Origin: Hydrurus foetidus
Lineage: Eukaryota
Reading direction: 5' to 3'
Length of the DNA: 35,956 bases
NCBI GenBank assembly: GCA_900617105.1
Contig: UYFQ01000774.1
Coordinates: forward strand, 1 to 35,956
This document shows positions 1 to 10,384 of the stretch, in pieces (position 1 is the stretch's first letter; every line of letters starts with the position of its first letter). Below the pieces are notes generated by a model. That model saw only the letters and a program-made list of their open reading frames with translations. It was not told the origin of the DNA and did not search any database. The position numbers and the translations under genes were made by a program.

Positions 1-341
1 GAGAGAGCTTGCTTAGGCCTTTTCTGCAATAATCCATCAATTACGGGTGCAGAAGAGTTAGTGCAGAAGTCTGCAGAGTCAACAGACTTGCGGCTGTCGG
101 AAACTTTGCACGGTAGTGTGACGTAGAGAAAGTATGGGTCATCAAAGTCGCTGTTATCAGCTGCCGTCCCCGAACTGAGACTCAAATAAGACATCAGCGA
201 AGAATCACTTGAACTGGTACTTTTTTGATCATCCACGGCTAATTCTGAAGACTCATCCGAACGAGAATCCAGATCAGGACTCGAGACAGATGGCCTTTTC
301 TTCCTCACTTTTACAGATAAAATATTCAGATAATCATCCAT
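1..341 (-). CDS. 5' part of an unknown Ser/Asp-rich putative host protein; runs off the window
   Basis: Manual translation from ATG at 341 gives MDDYLNILSVKVRKKRPSVSSPDLDSRSDESSELAVDD... with no stop for 113 codons to position 1. No recognisable domain. Confidence 0.4.
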   Translation of the reverse strand, partial: MDDYLNILSVKVRKKRPSVSSPDLDSRSDESSELAVDDQKSTSSSDSSLMSYLSLSSGTAADNSDFDDPYFLYVTLPCKVSDSRKSVDSADFCTNSSAPVIDGLLQKRPKQAL

Positions 342-382
342 GAGCTCGTTTCAACGAGTTTCGAGGTTAAAAGTGTGCTATA

Positions 383-719
383 TGTTGGAGATATCGTAGT
401 TTATGACACGGACACAATCAGTGTACTTATGCATTCGTACGGTCGTACGGATTAATTTGTGTGTGTGTGTGTGTGTGTACGTACATGCGTGACGACGATG
501 AATGGACCCGTGCATCGTCTCTGTACTTCAAGCGTAGTGTAGAATGTCTTTTGTTGTTGCGTTGAAAGGGACTCGGGGACTTCAGCAGGGATGAAGCACA
601 GTCAATTAACAAGTGTTTACTGCCATACAAGAGCTTATTTCACGAGTCCTGACCGAGTGACCTTCAACCACAGTACAGCGAGAGGCGTACGTGTGGGCCG
701 AACCGAAGATCCGTCAACA
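383..719 (+). repeat. 5' LTR of element A (337 bp)
   Basis: TG...CA ends; contains (GT)10 at 459-478; repeated at 5661-6017. Confidence 0.95.
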
Positions 720-729
720 TAATTGACTG
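720..729 (+). promoter_or_regulatory. Non-tRNA primer-binding site of element A (TAATTGACTG)
   Basis: Directly follows the LTR-terminal CA; exact reverse complement of LTR 599-608 (CAGTCAATTA); does not start with TGG. Confidence 0.75.
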
Positions 730-743
730 CCACAGGCATTCCG

Positions 744-3700
744 ATGCCTCCCAAACGCGCCGCAGAAGCTTTCAAAAGTACAGAGGAGTGTATACTTCAA
801 TACGGCAAACACAACAACATTATCAAATGGAGAGAACACATGCAAACGGTTGTAACCGAACTATACGGGATAGTTGGCATGTTCTTCACAACAAATGTGA
901 GATACGAGCTCCCGAGAGTTTCTTACAGGGATTACCCTGCAGATTCGTCATCGGAAAGCTCCAGTTCCGAAGAAGACGACGAGATAGCCGAAGGTCAACA
1001 GGAACAACCGCCTGACCCAGAGACCGTGGCGTACGCCGCCGCGAGGCCTGCTCGCATCGCCGCCAGACAGGCGAGGAACGAGAGGAGGCGTAAAGCGTCA
1101 GAACGCTCTAGAGCAAAATTTAAAGAAGATGATTACATACAGAGAAAGAGGGACATCAAAACGCAGAAAGAGAACGAACGTACGATGTACCCGATGATGT
1201 GGAAGCGCATGTCGCTGCTATCACAAAGTAGGGTGAGGGAGGAGGAAGATTTCAAGACCGCATATGACACCCTGGACTGTGTCATGTTGTGGACGCTCAT
1301 AAGGAGGACTCACCTCACACACATGTACGGGGGCGATGAGACACTGCAGGAGTACAACCAACACGAACAGGAGAGTAAGTACGGCTCAATGAGGCAAGGT
1401 GAGAGAGAGCACATTGTCACCTTCAAGAACAGATTCGATGAACAGGTGACCGCGAACGCTGCTGTCGGAATCGCTGCGGTGACAGAGTCGAAGCGAGCAT
1501 TGGATTTCCTAGGGAAGCTCGACACTCGAAGGTACAAGATCATGCTAGACGACATGAAGCATGACGCCTTACGACGCAAACCAGGGGCGTTCCCAACCAC
1601 ACTCGCCCTAGCTTTCCACATCGCCTCAGAGTGGAATGACCGAGTCCCTGCATCCACACCCACACCGACACCGGCGGGTGCGAACGCAGCGTACGTGACC
1701 GAGGGAGTCCACGTCACAGCGGCCAAGGACCCGGAAAAGAAAGCGGGGAAAGCCGGAGGTGGCAGCAAGAAATCCTTAGCAGACGTCGAGTGCTACAAAT
1801 GCGAAACAATGGGACACTACGCGCGGAACTGCCCACAGAAGAAATCGTCGTCATCGGAAAAAGTCCACGTCACGGTGGAAGAGTCAGACGAAGAATACGA
1901 AGGAGAGTCGAGCGAGTGGGGTGTAGCTCTCGTCACTGGCGATGAAATATGCTGCTTCTCCAGATTCGACGTGCTGTTAGACAACGAGGCCTCGCTGAAC
2001 ATATTCAATAACGCTGAACTACTTACTGACCTGAGGAAGTCGCAGTCGACAATTCGAGTGAGCGGTATCCAGCAAGGAGGAGGAGTGAGCGTAGATCGGG
2101 AAGGGGAGTTCGGAGAGTTTGGCACGGTGTACTACAGTAGTTCGGCATCGGCAAACATCCTGTCATTCGCGTCGCAGGTCGACTCAGGTGCGTCGATCAG
2201 ATATGACCACCTGAGCGACTGCTTCACTCTTAGGCCGAAGAGCAGCACGAGGATCTATCGGTTCGGGAGAAAGCGAGTCATAGGAAGCGAGGGGAGGTTC
2301 TACTCGTGCGACTGGAGGGATGTCGAGCACGACAGAGTGTTAGTAACTACGGTGGTTGAGAATCTGAAAGCGTTTACGAAACGAGAGATCGAGCAGGCGA
2401 GACGAGCTCGTGAGCTGCTCGCTAGGATGGGCTTCCCGACGGTGGAACAGGCGATGTCGATCGTGAACAGCGGAAGTAACTTCGACATTACGGCGAGAGA
2501 TTTCCAGATCGCTGATGCGATATGGGGCAAAGATATAGCCTCTATAAAAGGGAAAACAGTGAAGAGAGCTACTGCTATCGCTGATATTACAGTCAGCACG
2601 AAATTAATGCAAAGGGATCAGGTGCTGTCTATCGACATTATGTTTATAGACAAACTAGCGATACTAGTTGGGGTATCTACACCACTGGGACTAACTATTG
2701 CATATAGCCTAAACACAGCAGATCTAACAAAGCCAGCAAGGACAGCAGCCCAAGTAAAGATCGGGATAAACCATTTTATCGCAGTCCTCGCTGCGCAAAA
2801 CTTCAGGACCTCCATAATCATGAGCGACGGAGAGGGGGCTGTCAAGAGTCTCATTGACGAGCTGGGAAGGCTCGGTGTGGAGGTTGACGTCAGTGGAGCC
2901 GGCGGCCACGTCGCTAGGATTGAGAGAAAAATTCGCATTGTTAGAGAACGGGTACGATGTCACGTAGCGTACCACCTTCCGTTCACACTATCGACGGTGG
3001 GTATCGCCATGCTCGTACTGTACTGTATATCCAGGCTGAACTACGAACCGGCCGGATTACGGGAATGGGGCCCGAGTCCGCGTGAAGCATACATCGGTAG
3101 GAAGCCTGATGGTAAGAGAGACTTTAGATGCTCGTTCGGAGATTATGTGCAATGTACCGTTCCTAACACTGATTCAGGATTCAAGAGCCGAACCGAGGAC
3201 TGTGTGGTTATGCTCCCCCTCGGAAATCGCACGGGCTCAGTGAGAATGCTTTCGCTCAGCACAGGAAGACTAGTGAACAGGGACCAATTCAGAGTGCTAC
3301 CGATGCCCGAGTCCGTTATAAAGAGACTAAATGAACTCGCGCATGCAGATGGTAGAGTAAAAGGGAAGGGTGATCTGTACGCACGGCCCACGTCGTACGA
3401 GCAGTACGGGAACGCTGCCAAGGGACTGCCCGACACGATGGAACCCAACGTCAACAACGGTGTGGATCCATCGATAGAACCTCTAGATGACGACCGTGAG
3501 ACTAGAAACGAAGAGGTAGACAACGGTGACCAGCATCAAGACAATGGAGGAGAATTGGGTGAACAACAGTACGACAACGGCGAAGCACCGAACGAGGTAG
3601 ACCCGAGGGACGACAGTGAACCATACGAGGAAGCGGTACAGGCCGAACAACCTGAAGAGCGCGACAATGATATAGATGATCTGATCGATAGTATGAACCG

Positions 3701-5594
3701 GATGCGAGCTGGGCCGAGGGACCAAGTCGAAGATCCCACCGGGGGACTAGATGAGAGAGGAATACCGGAGGACTACATATCGACAGACGGGAGACCAGAC
3801 GAGTACAGTGAAGCGAGAGGAGCAGTGAGCCGGGCGACGGAGCTGCTCGCTGCGCCTGCACCGCGCTACGGGATAAGTAGACATGAGGTGATGGACTTTT
3901 TTAGGAACGGTGGTGGAACCGCACTTCTAACGCGCAACTACGACGGTGACGGTGCAGACTGGGGAGACTATGTACTGAACATATCGGTGAACGAAGCGCT
4001 GAGGACCAGGGGTGATGCGGCGCTGAGTGTGATTGAAAAAGAGCTAAAGCAGATGATCGATAAGAAGGTGTGGGCACCTGTCTCTGTGAGCGACCTATCA
4101 ACGGAGGAGAAGCACCGAATCATCAGGTCAAGCATGTTCCTGAAGGAGAAATTCCTCGCGAGCGGGGAGTTCGAGAAGCTTAAGGCGAGGCTGGTCGCCG
4201 GAGGGAACCAGCAGGATCGAGATCTATACGATGATCTATCAGCACCGACAGTCGCGACGAGCTCAGTGTTCACACTGCTGAGCATAGCAGCGCACGAGAA
4301 TAGGATGATCACAGTGATTGACATCAGCGGCGCATTCCTCAATGCGGACATGGATACGGGACTAGCGGTGCACATGAGGTTAGATAGGAACATGTCGAAC
4401 ATTATGACTAAATTGGCTCCCCATTACTCGCGCTTCACAGATCATAAGGGGTGCATAGTGGTGAAGCTGGACAAGGCACTGTATGGGTGTGTGGAGTCGG
4501 CTGCACTATGGTACGAGAACCTGAGAGCGAGCCTGTCCGATTTGGGATACTCACCTAATGCACACGACATGTGTGTCTTCAACAAACACGACGAGTACGG
4601 GGTGCAATGCACTATCGCGGTGCACGTAGATGATCTGATGATCACTAGCGCGAACGGTGAAATGATCGAGTCAGTGTCGGCCGGTCTGATAAAAAGGTAT
4701 GGAGACATTACGAGGAAAAATGGACCTATTGTGAATTACCTAGGCATGGTGTTCGACCTTACCACTGCAGGCAGAGCGCGAGTGTCGATGACGGGATACG
4801 TGGAGGACATGCTGAGGGAAAGCGGCACAACAGGGGGTGCAAGGACCCCAGCAACGGAGGGGCTGTTCGATGTGAGAGACGACAGCGACATGGCGAGTGA
4901 GGAGCAGCGGATACGGTTCCACAGATTGGTGGCAAAAATGCTCTACCTGGCGAAGCGTGCGAGGCCAGACTGTCTGACGGCGGTGGCATATCTGGCAACA
5001 CGGGTAACACGGTGCAGCGTGGACGACCTTGGGAAGCTTGAGCGTCTGTTGAAGTATGTGAACAACACGAAGGATAGAGGTATAGTGTTCGAGGCGGGTG
5101 CGAAGGGAATCGTCGTGAGTGTTCTCATCGATGCGGCATACGGAGTACATCCGGACGGGAGGTCGCACACGGGGAGCTGCGTGGTGATCGGAACAAGGGG
5201 TGCGGTGCACAGCAAATCGGCAAAGCAACAGATCGTCACCAAGTCGAGTACGGAGGCGGAGCTCGTTGCATTATCTGACTCAACTAACCAAGCGCTTCAC
5301 ATGAGACACTTCATTATAGGACAAGGACACACGTGCGGACCAGTGACAGTGTACCAAGACAACATGTCATGCATGTCACTGATCGAGAGAGGGCGGTCAG
5401 CGGCGGAGCGGACGCGCCATATCGCCATCAGATACTTTTGGCTGAAGGAAAGGGTGGATCAAGGAGAAGCGAGAGTGCGACACCTGGGGACCAAGGAGAT
5501 GTACGCGAACCTTCTGACGAAGCCGCTACAAGGTGCACAGTTCAAGTGCGAGAGACAAGGGCTTACGGGATGGGACGCGACCACAGTAGTTTAG
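744..5594 (+). CDS. Copia Gag-Pol polyprotein of element A
   Basis: Uninterrupted ORF, likely ATG at 744 (MPPKR). Zinc knuckle CYKCETMGHYARNC; protease LLDNEAS; integrase D(SIDIMF)-D(SDGEG)-E(ARIER); RT KARLVAGG, DISGAFL, LYG, HVDDL; RNase H DAAYG, STEAE, QDN, ANLLTKPL. Confidence 0.95.
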   Translation: MPPKRAAEAFKSTEECILQYGKHNNIIKWREHMQTVVTELYGIVGMFFTTNVRYELPRVSYRDYPADSSSESSSSEEDDEIAEGQQEQPPDPETVAYAAARPARIAARQARNERRRKASERSRAKFKEDDYIQRKRDIKTQKENERTMYPMMWKRMSLLSQSRVREEEDFKTAYDTLDCVMLWTLIRRTHLTHMYGGDETLQEYNQHEQESKYGSMRQGEREHIVTFKNRFDEQVTANAAVGIAAVTESKRALDFLGKLDTRRYKIMLDDMKHDALRRKPGAFPTTLALAFHIASEWNDRVPASTPTPTPAGANAAYVTEGVHVTAAKDPEKKAGKAGGGSKKSLADVECYKCETMGHYARNCPQKKSSSSEKVHVTVEESDEEYEGESSEWGVALVTGDEICCFSRFDVLLDNEASLNIFNNAELLTDLRKSQSTIRVSGIQQGGGVSVDREGEFGEFGTVYYSSSASANILSFASQVDSGASIRYDHLSDCFTLRPKSSTRIYRFGRKRVIGSEGRFYSCDWRDVEHDRVLVTTVVENLKAFTKREIEQARRARELLARMGFPTVEQAMSIVNSGSNFDITARDFQIADAIWGKDIASIKGKTVKRATAIADITVSTKLMQRDQVLSIDIMFIDKLAILVGVSTPLGLTIAYSLNTADLTKPARTAAQVKIGINHFIAVLAAQNFRTSIIMSDGEGAVKSLIDELGRLGVEVDVSGAGGHVARIERKIRIVRERVRCHVAYHLPFTLSTVGIAMLVLYCISRLNYEPAGLREWGPSPREAYIGRKPDGKRDFRCSFGDYVQCTVPNTDSGFKSRTEDCVVMLPLGNRTGSVRMLSLSTGRLVNRDQFRVLPMPESVIKRLNELAHADGRVKGKGDLYARPTSYEQYGNAAKGLPDTMEPNVNNGVDPSIEPLDDDRETRNEEVDNGDQHQDNGGELGEQQYDNGEAPNEVDPRDDSEPYEEAVQAEQPEERDNDIDDLIDSMNRMRAGPRDQVEDPTGGLDERGIPEDYISTDGRPDEYSEARGAVSRATELLAAPAPRYGISRHEVMDFFRNGGGTALLTRNYDGDGADWGDYVLNISVNEALRTRGDAALSVIEKELKQMIDKKVWAPVSVSDLSTEEKHRIIRSSMFLKEKFLASGEFEKLKARLVAGGNQQDRDLYDDLSAPTVATSSVFTLLSIAAHENRMITVIDISGAFLNADMDTGLAVHMRLDRNMSNIMTKLAPHYSRFTDHKGCIVVKLDKALYGCVESAALWYENLRASLSDLGYSPNAHDMCVFNKHDEYGVQCTIAVHVDDLMITSANGEMIESVSAGLIKRYGDITRKNGPIVNYLGMVFDLTTAGRARVSMTGYVEDMLRESGTTGGARTPATEGLFDVRDDSDMASEEQRIRFHRLVAKMLYLAKRARPDCLTAVAYLATRVTRCSVDDLGKLERLLKYVNNTKDRGIVFEAGAKGIVVSVLIDAAYGVHPDGRSHTGSCVVIGTRGAVHSKSAKQQIVTKSSTEAELVALSDSTNQALHMRHFIIGQGHTCGPVTVYQDNMSCMSLIERGRSAAERTRHIAIRYFWLKERVDQGEARVRHLGTKEMYANLLTKPLQGAQFKCERQGLTGWDATTVV

Positions 5595-5660
5595 TTAAAT
5601 TATTAAGACAACATATGCGTGATGTGTGAATAGAAATGATTGTGATGTGGCATAGGGGTG

Positions 5661-5733
5661 TGTTGGAGATATCGTAGTTTATGACACGGACACAATCAGT
5701 GTACTTATGCATTCGTACGGTCGTACGGATTAA

Positions 5734-5779
<46 letters not shown>

Positions 5780-6017
5780 TACATGCGTGACGACGATGAA
5801 TGGACCCGTGCATCGTCTCTGTACTTCAAGCGTAGTGTAGAATGTCTTTTGTTGTTGCGTTGAAAGGGACTCGGGGACTTCAGCAGGGATGAAGCACAGT
5901 CGATTAACAAGTGTCTACTGCCATACAAGAGCTTATTTCACGAGTCCTGACCGAGTGACCTTCAACCACAGTACAGCGAGAGGCGTACGTGTGGGCCGAA
6001 CCGAAGATCCGTCAACA
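5661..6017 (+). repeat. 3' LTR of element A (357 bp)
   Basis: Copy of 383-719 with (GT)20 at 5737-5776 and two substitutions seen; preceded by AGGGGTG. Confidence 0.95.
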
Positions 6018-6266
6018 TTATAGGTCAATCCTTACGCACAGGAGGATTACAAAATACAAAATAGAAAAAAACCCTGATTTGTCGTGTTCACGTTTGTTCC
6101 GCCGGAGGATCCAATTTACAAAATCACTTTTCTCATTTTTTTCAAATCATCCATCAATGCAAATGACAGAAAAACGCCTGCGATTCTCCAAAGCTAATTG
6201 CCTTGACAAAATCGCATTGACCAGTCTAAAGTCACAATATATCACAGACAAGTCAAGTTTTCAACG

Positions 6267-7827
6267 ATGGACAACGACCTTACGATTCGCGACTGCACTG
6301 ACCAGGCTGGCAACTTCGATGCCGAAAAATTCAATGCTTACAGGAAGCAGCGGGACTCATTTTTTGATGAAATTGAGGAAGATGATGAGATTGAACCAAA
6401 GAGGAGAAAGCTCACGCCTCGTTTTAACGAAGGATATGATCCTAATTCATCCCTTGACTCTAATTGGTACAAGCGTTACATCAAGCACCCACATCACAAA
6501 CAGAACGCGAAGCATTTCAGCTTGTTTCGAAGACGATTTAGAATGCCACATGAGTCTTATAAGAACCTTGTTAATGAGGCTAGGGACAACAATTGGTTCC
6601 CCCAATACGAGAACTACAATGCTATTGGTCAAAAAGGCATCTCCTTGGATATACTTATTCTAGGTGCCCTATGTTATTTGGGTCGAGGTTGGACTTTCGA
6701 TGATCTATTTGATGCAACAAACGTCTCGGAAGAAGTGCACAGGAAGTTCTTCAAAGACTTCACACTTGCATGCCGAACTCATCTCTATCCTAAGTGGGTC
6801 AAACGTCCTGAGATACCCGAGGAAATAGAAGACTGCATGTCAGAATTCAACGAAGCAGGCTTCGATGGATGTATCGGATCAGCAGATGTCACTCATGTGA
6901 TACTAGAACGCTGCCACTCAAGATTGAAGAATCAAAACCTCGGAGGTAAAAGTTCTCATACCACAAGAGCTTTCCAGATTCTAGTTAATCATCGTCGTCA
7001 AATCATTGCCTCAACGGTTGGGTACCCTGGTAGATGGAATGATATGACTATAGTTCGGTTTGATGGGTTCGTAACTGATGTTCAGAGAGGGTTGTATTTA
7101 GAAGACAATAAATTCACACTGAAGAATGAGAAGGGAGAAGACGAGAATCATTCCGGGGCATGGATACTTGTTGACGGGGGTTACCTTAACTGGTCTACAC
7201 TAATATGCCCATTCAAAGATTCTATATCAGTTAAAGAACAAAGATGGTCACGATGGGCAGAGTCAATGAGAAAAGATGTAGAGTGCACGTTTGGTATATT
7301 GAAAGGTATTATAATTGACTACTATGTAATCTATAAAATAAATATTTTCTATTGTATTTAATATAATGTATTATTTTTATAGGGAGATGGAGAATACTTT
7401 TAAATCAGGAATAAGGGTACATGGTATAGAACAAGCTGATAACATATGGTTCACTTGTTGCGCATTACATAATATGTTATTGAATGTAGATGGCTTAGAT
7501 AAGAGATGGAAAAAAGGAGTCAAAAGTCCATTTGAAGGTGAATTAGGATGGCATGCTTCAAATGGTGTAGAAAGATACGCACCTTTAATATTTCGCAGAG
7601 TTCTTAATAATCTTAGCAATGTCAGAACGTTAGATTCTTCTACAATGTCTCGTCATGATGTTACATATGCGGACGCAAAAGAAAGGGAAACTGCTGCAGA
7701 CAAAACTAAATTTAAAATATTAAAGATGACAAATAAAATATTTCGAGATTAACTAGTCATTCACTTTCATAAACGATGGGAAATGAAAGATATCGTGTGG
7801 CCTTCTAGAACAGGAAAAATGGCTTAA
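6267..7827 (+). pseudogene. Harbinger-type DDE transposase, disrupted
   Basis: Motifs FRRRFRM, GCIGSADVTH, LVDGGY, RKDVECTFGILKG. A GT-AG intron 7306-7382 rejoins GILKG-RWRIL. Frameshift near 7397 and in-frame TAA at 7750-7752 before the tail LVIHF...IVWPSR. Confidence 0.82.
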
Positions 7828-7880
7828 ATATTAAACGAATGTTGTATTGAAAAATTGTAATTAATTTAAATGTTGTTGAT

Positions 7881-9886
7881 TCAATTTTTTTTGTTAGTGT
7901 GACGAGTCATTACAGGTACAGAGCGATTATGAAAGGGTAAAATTGTAGTTTTGATGATGGCAGAATTTGCTGAGCTGGAAGAGCTAGGAGAGCTTGAAGA
8001 ACTTGAAGAGGGATAAGATTTTGAACTCACAGCTCGCTTCGCGACCGGTGACTTCTTATTCAAATCATTGAAGAAAGCATCGACTCTTCTTGTCAACACC
8101 TCACTTTCAATATCAGACGTTTTTTTTTTATTACTTCTGCAACTGCTTCTATATTTTTTTGAGTCACTGCTATCATTGGAATTTTGTCTCTTGCACTAGA
8201 TGCGTCGGAATCGGAATCAGATGAGCTGTCATCGTCTTTGATATTATTCGGGTTGAAAAGGATATTGCTACTACGCTGGAGGTTGCTTTGTGAATGAGGT
8301 TGACTCTGGGACACAACACGGGCAGTTGACCTTGCGGATGATGCTGTAGCTCGGACAGTCACAAGAGCTGATGGCGTAGAGCGAGGTTGACTCACACAAG
8401 ATGTAACTACATTCGATGGGACTGATATTGCAGTGATTTCTTTCGCCCACTTTATCATAATAGTTGTCCAATATTCTTTATCAGCAGGATCTATTGACAT
8501 TGAAGTCATCTCTTTCGCTACATTATAGCTGTCCATTAGCACTTTCCTATCATTTTGTTGAATTAGAATTCTCTGACAATCTTTGCGAGATCAAATTTCG
8601 CGTTATTGTATGCTGAGATACCTCTGTCAATATCCTCGTTACTGAGATTTTGAAACGTTAAAAAAACTATGTTAACATCATAGTAAAGTGCGAATGTCTG
8701 GAATATGATTTAACATGAATTTTTTAATCTTACCGTATTTGATTTCGTTTTTTTGTCGTCTTCTCTTTCATAGATGATTTATTCATATTTTTGTTAGCTC
8801 TGGCGGATGAGTCGATGCTTTCACTGTCCATACTCAAACAGTTCGTTATGTCAAAATTGTACGCTCCTACCCCATAGGGCCCGTACAAAATGAAAAAGAG
8901 CAGCGCAGGAGGATAAAAATTATTTAAATTTGTTTGAAACTTCTCTTCTCCTTTCTTACTTCGTACAGCATTCCCTTCTTCTTTTTCTTCATACTCATCA
9001 TCTATCGGTTCGAAAGTGTCCTCGTTGTCGTCACCATTCTCCACATCTTCACCAATATCGCTACCACCTGCAGAGCAAATGTAACCAAAAACATTTACCC
9101 AGCGTTACCCCTGTAAACTAAAGAGATTTATCGATACATCAACGGACTTTTGAATTACAGCAACAAGTCAAAATGGCAAAAAAAACATCACGTGACCGCA
9201 AAAGTGAAGACTTTAGCGTATTACTCAAAAAGGAAGGTGTTACGGAATTAGAAATAATTTACCGACTGATTCGTCATCGTCGGCTACCTCGAGAGATTGT
9301 TCCTCCATCGCACGCTTCATGACATGCTGAAGAGCATTATCCTCGTTCATCCCGCTCGGCATATTGCCATCGACTAAGAACTCCATCCAGTAGGCTAGAA
9401 ATTTCTTCGCCTCACAAAGGGCTGCTTTGGCTTTATCTAAAATTTGTCTTCTCGTGATGAGATTCTTACCCTTGAGAGTTGGCTTGAATAAGACTTCATT
9501 GATGCTCTCTCGACTGATGCCAGTAAGATGTCCATACCCACTGGCAATCCTCCCAGAATCCCATAATACATTGAACCTTCCTCTGCCGTCAAGAAAATTT
9601 TCTGCCATGCCGACATGATCCTCGTCATAGTCATGGTAAGTTTTGCTGCATTTCTCTCTTATCCCTGCAATATTCAGGGTGCTCCCCTCAAGCACTGAAA
9701 TATAACTCGCGCCAGATAAAAGCCAAGGAAAGATTTCTGCTGCTTAGCAGTCAGCGGAGGCGGCGGAATATATTTTACAGGTTTTGCATGCGAAGCCGGT
9801 TTCGCAGTAGCTGGCCTGCTGTGAGAAGATTTGCTCCTTTTGCTCACAGAGGAGTTCGTGGAATTCGGCGCTGCAGAATGCTTCAT
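7881..9886 (-). pseudogene. Second (accessory, putative DNA-binding) gene of Harbinger-like element 1, multi-exon and frameshifted
   Basis: Chain of minus-strand ORF pieces (from ATG 9886 MKHSAAP; 9695-9240; 9044-8730; 8542-8093; 8099-7881) inside the TIRs, convergent with the transposase. No Myb/MADF motif recognised; exon limits uncertain. Confidence 0.5.
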
Positions 9887-10222
9887 TATATATAATTGTG
9901 ATGTTGGAAGTACAACGTCGACAACTGCAAGATGTAAATTTGTGATCTGTGAAAGTCCTCGGATCGACAGCCGCGCGTAACAAACGAGGATGTGACAGAA
10001 TTGAAATTTGGGCGAGTTTGTAATTTGTCGGTGCGTTACAGACGAGACATGACAAATGACAATTCGAGGATCTGACAAAACGATCTATTTTGTATTGTGT
10101 AATCCTCCTGTGCGTAAGGACTGACCTTAGAAAAGGGTTCTTTGAAATGTGCATATTTGGCCGTTTTTGGCCAAAACCGAAATTCAAAAATGGTAATTTC
10201 GCACCGAGACCGTCAACGAGGC

Positions 10223-10384
10223 GATTTTTTCGTACCGAGGAAGCGTTTTTCGTACCCATGAAACGCACGAGGGGCGCGCGTCTTTATAGTACCGGAGGTA
10301 TGGAATAGTAATTTCATACCGAGACCATAAAACCCCTCGTGCGTTTCATGGGTACGAAATAAGCTTCCTCGGTACGAAAAAATC
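10223..10384. repeat. 52-bp inverted repeat (10223-10274 / 10333-10384)
   Basis: GATTTTTTCGTACCGAGG...GCACGAGGGG is the reverse complement of CCCCTCGTGC...GGTACGAAAAAATC (2 mismatches here, perfect against 11283-11334). Confidence 0.85.

Larger units (their letters stand above)
383..6017 (+). mobile_element. Ty1/Copia LTR retrotransposon A, full length
   Basis: Direct LTRs 383-719 and 5661-6017 (TGTTGG...TCAACA). Flanks CTATA (378-382) and TTATA (6018-6022) give a 4/5 TSD. One gag-pol ORF in PR-IN-RT-RH order. Confidence 0.96.
6022..10127 (+). mobile_element. PIF/Harbinger-like DNA transposon 1 with two convergent decayed genes
   Basis: ~43-bp TIRs: AGGTCAATCCTTACGCACAGGAGGATTACAAAATACAAAATAG at 6022 and its reverse complement (2 mismatches) ending at 10127. 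DDE transposase on +, second gene on -. TSD not clean (ATA vs TTA if the ends are GG/CC). Confidence 0.85.

Noticed and set aside
640..710. Hammerhead-ribozyme-like words (GTC, CTGACCGAG, GAA; GAAAC in D) in the A/D U5
   Set aside because: Core does not match CUGANGA, D reads TTGACCAAG, and stems I-III cannot be built in the right order.
1310..5242. Many antisense ORFs over gag-pol, some similar between A and D
   Set aside because: Expected shadows of a long conserved sense ORF; no env-like or extra gene is supported.
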